Shown: positions 17,182 through 23,885 of the stretch, piece after piece | Layout of the letters: each line of letters starts with the position of its first letter | Numbering within the stretch: position 1 is the stretch's first letter | Assembly (NCBI GenBank): GCA_963635575.1 | Contig: CAVHFU010000011.1 | Coordinates: 1 to 32,000 of the forward strand | Origin: a bacterium | GTDB taxonomy: Bacteria; Bacillota; Clostridia; TANB77; RGIG9151 | Direction: 5' to 3' | DNA: 32,000 bases | The notes under the pieces: model-generated | Told to the model about the DNA's origin: nothing | Databases searched by the model: none | What the model saw: only the letters and a program-made list of their open reading frames with translations | Translations under genes and position numbers: made by a program

Positions 17182-18138
17182 ATGGGTGATAATGCTATTC
17201 AGACTGCCGATATTATGACAAAGCTTGGAAGTGGTTTATTAGTATTTATTTTAGTGGCAGTTTTCATTTTACTTGCAGTTGTTGTGTATATAATATATGT
17301 GGAGAAGAAAAATAGTTCTTGGCTTAACCAAAGACAGAGTGCGATAAAAGCAGTTTACTCGCTAAAAAGTGTTCCTTTTTTGTATTCTATTCAAACAAAA
17401 ATAGCTAATAAATTTGCTATTACTAATACTGGAACAAAGCAAGAAAACGAGAAGTATGCTTTATATGTTATGGCGTTTATTGGGATAATGGCAATAAGTA
17501 TAGTTTATGGATTATGGGGATTTGTTAATCAGTATCCATACGCAATAATACTTTTACTTGCTATAGGTATTGTTATTCCATGGATGCTATTTAATATTTT
17601 CTATGAAGCGCAGCTCGCTAAGATGATTAAACAGCTTCCGCAAGCTATTGATGAATTTGCAAGTTCATACAGAAAATCTAATAAGGTTTTTAATGCGTTA
17701 AAAGATTCATACCAATATATGCCTAAGGTTGTGTCTAAAGAATTTGAGCGACTGTATAAGTCATATAATATTGACTTTGAAGAAGGTGTGGAGTATTTTA
17801 GAGCTAGAGTAAAGAATGACTGGGCAGGGATCTTTGCAAGTTTACTTCTTATTAACTATACAAAGGGTGGTACAATTATATCGCAGTTAGATGATTTAAA
17901 TACAGAAATTGAAAATGATATAATTGCTAAGGATAGAGTTAGAAGTAAAATGTTGGGATTTAAGCTAGTGGCACTTTCAAGTTTAGTGTTGGTTGTTTTG
18001 GCCATATTTGCTAATATGATGATGTCTGAGTCTGCGAAGGAATATTATATGAATGTCGCAGGACAGCAAGAGATAATTGTGGCATTAACAGTTGGATTTA
18101 TAACGTTCTTGTGTATGATGTTAGTAGAAAAAATATAA
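17182..18138 (+). CDS. tadB: TadB-like platform protein (T2SSF domain)
   Basis: 318 aa. It has an N-terminal TM, two central TMs, then a cytoplasmic T2SSF-like segment (KQLPQAIDEFASSYRKSNKVFNALKDS...INYTKGGTIISQLDDLNTEIE...) followed by C-terminal TMs. It lies immediately downstream of the ATPase. Confidence 0.75.
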   Translation: MGDNAIQTADIMTKLGSGLLVFILVAVFILLAVVVYIIYVEKKNSSWLNQRQSAIKAVYSLKSVPFLYSIQTKIANKFAITNTGTKQENEKYALYVMAFIGIMAISIVYGLWGFVNQYPYAIILLLAIGIVIPWMLFNIFYEAQLAKMIKQLPQAIDEFASSYRKSNKVFNALKDSYQYMPKVVSKEFERLYKSYNIDFEEGVEYFRARVKNDWAGIFASLLLINYTKGGTIISQLDDLNTEIENDIIAKDRVRSKMLGFKLVALSSLVLVVLAIFANMMMSESAKEYYMNVAGQQEIIVALTVGFITFLCMMLVEKI

Positions 18139-18154
18139 AGAGGTGATAGGAGAA

Positions 18155-19327
18155 ATGACAACTAGTATAATAATGAGCTTGATTATTGCACTGATTATAA
18201 TTTTAACATTAACGCTATTAGTTTTATGCATTAGGCAACCCCAACAAAGCAAAGTCAAAAGTGACAAGTTTACTTTGGAGATGCTTTCTTATTCACCTAT
18301 TTTTTCAAAAATTGTTGACGCGATTATTCCGCCAGCAGAGGATAGAGAGTTTCGAAAAAATGAAAGGCTAATAAGTGATTCCGGATATAACATGACTATG
18401 AGGGAATTGTATTTCTTAAAATTAGTAATTCCTATCATGCTAGTAATAGTATTTTTATCTATTTATTTCATTAACAGGCAAGTATATGTTGATGCTATAA
18501 TAACAGATAGTTTGACTAAGTCTGTTGATGTCTTGGGAAGTAATGATGTAAATGAAAAAGAAGATTCAAGTGAGCAAAAGAGTGAGCTTGAACAGGCCAA
18601 AAGAGATACCTATGATGTTATTAATAACTTCGTGGATAAACAAATCTTAAAGAGTGAAGATGCGATTGCTGCAAAACAAGCTATTCAGGAAGCACTTTTG
18701 GCTAATAATTTGGCTAATGAGTCAGATGTTTATTATCAAACAGAAGAGATGTACAATAAAATTCAAAAGATTCAACAGGCACAGCAAATTAATCCGGTGA
18801 CTATTTTATTTATTGTTTTAGCTTCATTTGTAGGATTTGTTGTGCCGGATGTGTTCCTTACACTTGCTAGAATGATTAGATATCAGTCGTTTGATAATGA
18901 AATTATTGCTTTGGAAATGCTTACCATTTTGGTTGGCTCAATTGAGAATGTTACGGTAAAAGAAATTTTAAGAATTTTATCTCTTAACAGTAAGGCTTTT
19001 AAGAAAAACTTTGAAAAAGCATTGCTAGAATATCCTATCGATTTTGAACAGGCATTAATTAATCTAGGTGATAGCAGTAAAAATAAAGATTTTCAGGCTC
19101 TTATTTCTACGTTAAGACAGTGTGCTACGTCAGATAAGTATGCTGCCCTCCAAACTCTTCAGAGACGAAGAATTAGTAGAAAAGAGTATAGAAAACTTAT
19201 GGAAGAAAAAAAGATAGAGACAAAGATGTATATTGGATTTATTTTGCTAATTCCTGTTTTATTTTTCTTAGCTAAGTTACTATTATCGCCATGGCAAGAT
19301 TTGATGAGTAGCAGTGGATTAATGTAG
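18155..19327 (+). CDS. tadC: TadC-like platform protein (T2SSF domain) with a ~100-aa hydrophilic insertion
   Basis: The start is ATG 18155, with a GAGGTG RBS 9 nt upstream; GTG 18143 is also possible. The T2SSF-like segment runs ARMIRYQSFDNEIIALEMLTILVGS...ALINLGDSSKNKDFQALISTLRQC...RRRISRKEYRKLMEEKKIETKMYIGFILLIP. A Glu/Gln-rich helical insert (NDVNEKEDSSEQKSELEQAKRD...KIQKIQQAQQ) lies between TM2 and TM3. Confidence 0.7.
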   Translation: MTTSIIMSLIIALIIILTLTLLVLCIRQPQQSKVKSDKFTLEMLSYSPIFSKIVDAIIPPAEDREFRKNERLISDSGYNMTMRELYFLKLVIPIMLVIVFLSIYFINRQVYVDAIITDSLTKSVDVLGSNDVNEKEDSSEQKSELEQAKRDTYDVINNFVDKQILKSEDAIAAKQAIQEALLANNLANESDVYYQTEEMYNKIQKIQQAQQINPVTILFIVLASFVGFVVPDVFLTLARMIRYQSFDNEIIALEMLTILVGSIENVTVKEILRILSLNSKAFKKNFEKALLEYPIDFEQALINLGDSSKNKDFQALISTLRQCATSDKYAALQTLQRRRISRKEYRKLMEEKKIETKMYIGFILLIPVLFFLAKLLLSPWQDLMSSSGLM

Positions 19328-19343
19328 AATGATGGTATGTAAG

Positions 19344-19386
19344 AGACTGTAAAAGACTAGAAATAGTTTTCTGCAGTCTTTTTTCC
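19344..19386 (+). terminator. Rho-independent terminator ending the Tad-like operon
   Basis: Hairpin AGACTG...CAGTCT (alternatively AAAAGACT / AGTCTTTT) is followed by a T-run, 17 nt after the tadC-like stop. Confidence 0.7.
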
Positions 19387-19443
19387 ATTTAAATAAACAT
19401 ATATATTTTTTTGCATAGTATAGTTTAATGGAGGGATGATACT

Positions 19444-20028
19444 ATGTTAATTAAAGAACCTTGGAAATTAGATGTTGTAGTTAACAAAGAAAATTGGTTG
19501 GCTAAAAGTTATGAACATTACGATTTAATAGTGCCAAAGGTAAAGTTTTTAGATGAAACATTGGATTCTGCGAAGCTTATGCGGCATGAGGCTGCTCGGG
19601 CGTTAGAAAAGCTTTTTGGGCATTCTAAAAGGGCTAAAATTGAATTATATGCTGTTTCGGGATATAGGTCTTTTGAACGGCAAAGGGAGATTTTTAAGAA
19701 AAATTATAAAAAAGATGGAGAAATTGCGAATAAGTATAGTGCAAGGCCAGGACAGAGTGAGCATCAGACGGGACTTGCAATGGATGTTACATGTGCGGAG
19801 GTTAATTTTGAATTGACTGGGGATTTTGAGCATACTAATGCATATGAATGGTTGACAGAAAATATGCATAATCATGGCTTTATTTTAAGATATCCTAAGG
19901 GAAAAGAAGATATAACGGGTTATATTTTTGAACCGTGGCACTTAAGATATGTAGGGAAAGCATTAGCTAAAGAGTTACATAAGGCTAAGTTAACTTTAGA
20001 AGAGTATGCTCGAGGAGGTAAAAAATAG
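19444..20028 (+). CDS. M15B (VanY/VanXY-type) D-Ala-D-Ala carboxypeptidase-family zinc peptidase without an export signal
   Basis: It carries the motifs SGYRSFERQ, SEHQTGLAMDV (SxHxxGxAxD) and EPWHLRYVG (ExxH). There is a GGAGGG RBS. The 194-aa protein starts directly with the catalytic-domain N-terminus (LDVVVNKENWL) and has no TM helix or signal peptide. Confidence 0.8.
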   Translation: MLIKEPWKLDVVVNKENWLAKSYEHYDLIVPKVKFLDETLDSAKLMRHEAARALEKLFGHSKRAKIELYAVSGYRSFERQREIFKKNYKKDGEIANKYSARPGQSEHQTGLAMDVTCAEVNFELTGDFEHTNAYEWLTENMHNHGFILRYPKGKEDITGYIFEPWHLRYVGKALAKELHKAKLTLEEYARGGKK

Positions 20029-20054
20029 TTTGCCAAAAAGTTTACATAAAATAA

Positions 20055-20083
20055 TTGAATTCTTGTCAAAAGTGTGATAAAAT
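20055..20083 (+). promoter_or_regulatory. Candidate sigmaA promoter
   Basis: TTGAAT, a 17-nt spacer (ending TGTGA), then TAAAAT, upstream of ATG 20139. Confidence 0.45.
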
Positions 20084-20138
20084 ATTAATGTTATGTACTA
20101 ATGAGGGTAAGTAAGAATTTGACAAGGAGGTTTCTGTT

Positions 20139-20465
20139 ATGCAATATAAGGAAGAGTTGATTAATGTTGCTAACAGCTTTTGGGAGATTAAAAGAAATAA
20201 TAAAGAAGATATTATAAATAGAATACAAGTACATGCAATAAATCAAGTTAAGGATGGTTTCACTTCTTTTAGAATTAATAAGTTAAAACGTGATGATGAA
20301 AAGTTCTTAAAGGAATGGGCGGATATGACCAATGCAGATGTCAAGGTTATTAAATTTAGATGCTTTGAAAATGAGAAGAGATATTTGGTGAAGCAATATC
20401 TTGTTGACTTGAAAGGTTGTATCGAGATGGATTATGAAAGTGAAGGAAAAACTTTAATTTTGTGA
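20139..20465 (+). CDS. Hypothetical cytosolic protein (108 aa)
   Basis: It has an AAGGAGG RBS 7 nt upstream, no TM helix or signal peptide, and no family I recognise. Confidence 0.55.
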   Translation: MQYKEELINVANSFWEIKRNNKEDIINRIQVHAINQVKDGFTSFRINKLKRDDEKFLKEWADMTNADVKVIKFRCFENEKRYLVKQYLVDLKGCIEMDYESEGKTLIL

Positions 20466-20482
20466 GAAATAATGTAAAAAGC

Positions 20483-20511
20483 TTGACTATGTTTACATAA
20501 TGTAGTATAAT
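20483..20511 (+). promoter_or_regulatory. Near-consensus sigmaA promoter
   Basis: TTGACT (20483-20488), a 17-nt spacer, then TATAAT (20506-20511). The spacer contains the palindrome TACAT-A-ATGTA. Confidence 0.6.
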
Positions 20512-20571
20512 TAATGTACAAGGTTGATGAATAGGAAAAACAATAAATGATGAATCAGAGGAGGAGATTTT

Positions 20572-20829
20572 ATGAAGAAGGTTATGTGTTTGGCAGTAAG
20601 TATGTTTATGTTATTAAATTTGTCTTTTGCGGCTACATTGAATCTTAGAACTGCGAAGAATTTAAGCGTAGAAAAAAGCACAAAGATAACAGTTAATATG
20701 AAGGATAGAATTAAACTGAATTCGGGAACGTCGGACGTAGTAGAAATGAATCCAATTAAAATGAGAATTGGTGAAGATGAGCCTATTCCAGTTCCTACAC
20801 CTGTTAGACCTGTTTTAGAAATTATGTAA
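20572..20829 (+). CDS. Small secreted protein (85 aa) with a Sec signal peptide
   Basis: It has a GAGGAGGAG RBS and the signal peptide MKKVMCLAVSMFMLLNLSFA/A. The C-terminus is Pro-rich (EPIPVPTPVRPV). The gene is bracketed by its own promoter and terminator. Confidence 0.65.
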   Translation: MKKVMCLAVSMFMLLNLSFAATLNLRTAKNLSVEKSTKITVNMKDRIKLNSGTSDVVEMNPIKMRIGEDEPIPVPTPVRPVLEIM

Positions 20830-20835
20830 GTGTAT

Positions 20836-20869
20836 AAAAGCAACTACGTATATGCGTGGTTGCTTTTTT
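20836..20869 (+). terminator. Rho-independent terminator
   Basis: The stem AGCAACTAC / GTGGTTGCT (one G-U pair) is followed by TTTTTT. Confidence 0.75.
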
Positions 20870-20911
20870 GTGTGTAACAAAATAAGAAGAGCCGACTAAA
20901 GAAATAGAAAT

Positions 20912-21018
20912 TTGACCATTGGGGACAGGTTTATATGACGAAGAACGTATCATCTGCATTATATGCTAAGTTTAGGTGATATTTTTTTTGACCCAAAAGA
21001 ACCGTCCCTAATGGTCAA
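20912..21018. repeat. Long-range imperfect inverted repeat upstream of sigK
   Basis: The left arm is TTGACCATTGGGGACAGG (20912-20929). The right arm (21002-21018) reverse-complements to TTGACCATTAGGGACGG. The arms differ by one mismatch and one indel, and the spacer is about 70 nt. The spacer contains a terminator-like hairpin ATCATCT...AGGTGAT followed by a T8 run (20949-20989). Confidence 0.7.
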
Positions 21019-21079
21019 GAATTTAGAGGCGACTACATATTATATTGTAGTTGTTTTTTCTTTTTAAGGAGGGATTGGT

Positions 21080-21775
21080 TTGGTATTTATTGCTGCAATA
21101 CGGTACATAATTGAAAATATCTTTTTTGTGTTTGGCTTTTTGGGTAATGGGATGAATGCATTTCCAAAACCGCTTACACCTAAAGAGGAGAAGATGTATT
21201 TTGACCTTTACAAGAATGGTGACGAGGATGCAAAGAACATTTTGATCGAGCGAAATTTACGTTTGGTTGTTCATGTTGCAAAGAAGTATTCTGTCCAGTG
21301 GAAGGATAATGATGATCTTATTTCCATAGGTTCTATTGGACTTATAAAGGCGGTTACGACTTTTGATGGAGATAAGGGTCATAAGTTTGCAACATATGCT
21401 GCACGTTGTATTCAAAATGAGATTTTGATGTATTTAAGGAGCAGTAAGAAAACACAGAATGAGTCTTCTATTGACGAGCCTATTGGAAGTGATAAAGAGG
21501 GGAATTCTATTTCCCTTATTGATGTGTTAGAGTGTGAGGATTGTGATACTTTTGAAAAGGTGGAACTTAAACTGAGGGTGAAGGAATTACAGCGAATAAT
21601 GACGGCAAACCTTACGGATAGGGAGAAGAAAATAATTGGAATGAGATATGGCTTATATGGGGGGAAAGAAAAGACTCAGAAAGAAATTGCTGATGAACTT
21701 GGTATTTCACGTTCCTATGTGTCGAGGATTGAGAAGAAGGCTATTGAAAAAATAAATGATGGTATGGATAAATAA
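21080..21775 (+). CDS. sigK: Sporulation sigma factor, pro-sigma-K type, uninterrupted
   Basis: TTG start with a GGAGGG RBS 6 nt upstream. A hydrophobic pro-sequence (MVFIAAIRYIIENIFFVFGFLGNG) is followed by MNAFPKPLTPKEEKMYF, which resembles B. subtilis pro-sigK NNAFPQPLSSSEEKKYL. Region 2 reads ERNLRLVVHVAKKY...DLISIGSIGLIKAV, followed by KFATYAARCIQNEILMYLR. Region 4 reads QKEIADELGISRSYVSRIEKKA. SigE is the main alternative. Confidence 0.8.
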   Translation: MVFIAAIRYIIENIFFVFGFLGNGMNAFPKPLTPKEEKMYFDLYKNGDEDAKNILIERNLRLVVHVAKKYSVQWKDNDDLISIGSIGLIKAVTTFDGDKGHKFATYAARCIQNEILMYLRSSKKTQNESSIDEPIGSDKEGNSISLIDVLECEDCDTFEKVELKLRVKELQRIMTANLTDREKKIIGMRYGLYGGKEKTQKEIADELGISRSYVSRIEKKAIEKINDGMDK

Positions 21776-21922
21776 AAAAGAAGGAAATTCTAGATAAAGC
21801 TAGAAGATATAAGTGCGGAAAAAGGGTAATTTTATTTTATTTTTTGCCGATATATTTTTAGATGTTAAAGATAAGGATATATTATTTAATAATGGATGTT
21901 TATGATTGAGGAGGAAATTAAT

Positions 21923-22744
21923 ATGGAAGAACAAAAGTTTATGCCTGAGGGTTGGAACTTGGCAGATAATGAAGTTGATGAAGAATTAGAGAGAAAAGTT
22001 ACTATTTTGACTGAAGCTATGGAGAGAAATGAAACTTTAGAAGGTCTAGTTACTATGGCTGATTCTGATTTTAATCTTCATGTTGATTTAGATGGCATAA
22101 AGGGGATTGTGCCAAGAAGTGAGGTTAGTTCTACTGTTGAAGCAGATGGACTTCCAAGACCGGTGGCGTCTATTACAAAGGTTAATAAAAGAGTACAATT
22201 TAAAATAAAAGAAATAAAACGTGAAAATGGTCAAGTTACAGTGGTATTGTCTAGGAAGGCTGTTGAACTTGAAGTAAGAGATTGGATGTTTAAAAATCTA
22301 AAGGAAGGCATGGTTTTAAGCGGTATTGTTAGAAATATGGAACAATACGGTGTGTTTATTGATATTGGTGGTGGAGTTACAGGATTACTCCATATTGAAG
22401 ATATATCTGTTGCAAGAATTATGCATCCGGAAGAAAGATTTAAGATTGGCGATAAGATTAAAGTTATGGTTAAGAGCTTTGATAAGTCTACCGGGAAAAT
22501 TGTTCTTACCCATAAAGAATTACTTGGTACTTGGGAAGATAACATTAAAGATTTCCAAGAGGGAACTACCGTTATCGGTATTGCTAGAGCAAGGGAGAAA
22601 AATGGTATTTTCGTTGAGTTAAGACCTAATTTGGTAGGTTTGGCTGACCATAGGCCTGGTGTTGAATATGGTCAAAGGGTTAGTGTTTTTATAAAGAAAA
22701 TTATTCCGGAGAAAAAGAAAATAAAGCTTGTTATTGTTGGTTAA
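21923..22744 (+). CDS. S1 RNA-binding domain protein (three S1-like repeats)
   Basis: The start is ATG 21923 with a GAGGAGG RBS. A canonical S1 motif is present ([32 protein letters not shown]-like) along with two flanking degenerate S1 repeats. Confidence 0.8.
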   Translation: [273 protein letters not shown]

Positions 22745-22811
22745 AATCACTATTGTGATTAATATAAATTTATACATTCTGTGTTTATAGAATGTAGTTG
22801 GAGGTTCAATT

Positions 22812-23798
22812 ATGATTAATGATAATGAAGTTAAAGCGACAAAATCGCCATTTGCGATGCGTCCAAATGAAGAGAAGGTTTATGATGGCAAGACTGGATA
22901 TTCATCTGTAAATCAGGCTGTTTTTATGGTGGATATGGGGTATGTTAATGAGTTACACTTTGAAATGCTTGAACTTATAAGTACGTTTGAATTTATAACT
23001 TCAAGACAAATATACCAACTCTTACAGCTAAAGGGTATTGAGATTAAAGACCAAAATAAGGTTAATGCTAGACTTGAGAATTTAATTAAGGCTAGAGCCA
23101 TTGTTAAATATTATTTTAAGAGTGATGAAGGCAACGGAATTTACCGTATTTACTGCTTAGATAAGGCTGGAAAGTACTTACTTAATTCTAGAGAAATTAG
23201 AACTGAATGGGTTCCTACTAATAACACAAAACCTGTTCATTTAATTAAGAAGAGGCTTGCAGGCAACCAAGTTATTATTGCATATATGATGAAATCGAAG
23301 TATTTTAAAAATTATGTTGTTGATCCTGTTTTGATGGCAAAGCGTCAAAATATAAGATTTAAGGTCTCAGGTGGAGTTGTTACTCTAAATAAAGGTGGAA
23401 AGAATGCAGATTTACTTTTTGAGGCGGTAAGACGTGAATCAGGTTGGGAAGAAAAATTAGTTACAAAGATGCAACTTTATTCTGAATTCTATGAATATTA
23501 TAATGTAAGAGATTCGGGATTTGATAATCCTCCGCAATTAGTGATTTTAGGTGAGGATGACAGTCACTTAGTGGAAATTTTTAAATTGATTGTTAAAAAC
23601 AAGATTGGATTTAAGGATTGCAATCCTTTATACACCACAGATTTAAGACAGTTAGATGAAACTTTGGAAAAATCGCTTATTTCATTTAACTATAGTGAGG
23701 AAAAGAGAAAGTATATTATGGAGATTTTTGAAAGCGACTTACTTGCTCCTATTGATGATAAAGATGATGAGGACGATATTGACGTAGATATCGAGTAA
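22812..23798 (+). CDS. Replication-relaxation (Replic_Relax, PF13814)-like winged-helix protein with an acidic tail
   Basis: It has a GGAGG RBS. The N-terminal pattern LHFEMLELISTFEFITSRQIYQLL...RLENLIKARAIVKYY...IYCLDKAGKYLL matches the family's wHTH signature as I recall it. The C-terminus is DDKDDEDDIDVDIE. Confidence 0.55.
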   Translation: MINDNEVKATKSPFAMRPNEEKVYDGKTGYSSVNQAVFMVDMGYVNELHFEMLELISTFEFITSRQIYQLLQLKGIEIKDQNKVNARLENLIKARAIVKYYFKSDEGNGIYRIYCLDKAGKYLLNSREIRTEWVPTNNTKPVHLIKKRLAGNQVIIAYMMKSKYFKNYVVDPVLMAKRQNIRFKVSGGVVTLNKGGKNADLLFEAVRRESGWEEKLVTKMQLYSEFYEYYNVRDSGFDNPPQLVILGEDDSHLVEIFKLIVKNKIGFKDCNPLYTTDLRQLDETLEKSLISFNYSEEKRKYIMEIFESDLLAPIDDKDDEDDIDVDIE

Positions 23799-23802
23799 AT
23801 AG

Positions 23803-23852
23803 ATATCCAAGCGAATATACTTTTAGGTGTGTATTTTGCTTGGATATTTTTG
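23803..23852 (+). terminator. Rho-independent terminator
   Basis: A 10-bp stem ATATCCAAGC / GCTTGGATAT with a large loop is followed by TTTTT. Confidence 0.7.
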
Positions 23853-23885
23853 TGCTTAATTAACTAAAAAAAACTAAGGGGTGAA

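Noticed and set aside
12520-20138. I searched for a short Flp pilin gene (hydrophobic ~50-aa ORF with G/xxxxEY), TadE/F-like pseudopilins and an A24 prepilin peptidase in and around the operon.
   Set aside because: None was found. The intergenic gaps inside the operon are 3-72 nt and contain only RBSs and hairpins. This absence is reported as part of the main finding, not as a feature.
20511-20843. A 110-aa minus-strand ORF lies opposite the 85-aa secreted-protein gene.
   Set aside because: The plus-strand gene has a consensus promoter, a GAGGAGGAG RBS, a signal peptide and a terminator. The minus-strand frame has none of these.
12567-23852. The idea that the whole 12.6-23.8 kb stretch (machine, VanY-like gene, orphan genes, Replic_Relax gene) is an integrated conjugative element.
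   Set aside because: I see no integrase, relaxase, coupling protein, flanking direct repeats or tRNA target. The core sporulation gene sigK and an S1-domain gene sit inside the stretch, and the composition looks uniform by eye. This cannot be supported from this window.
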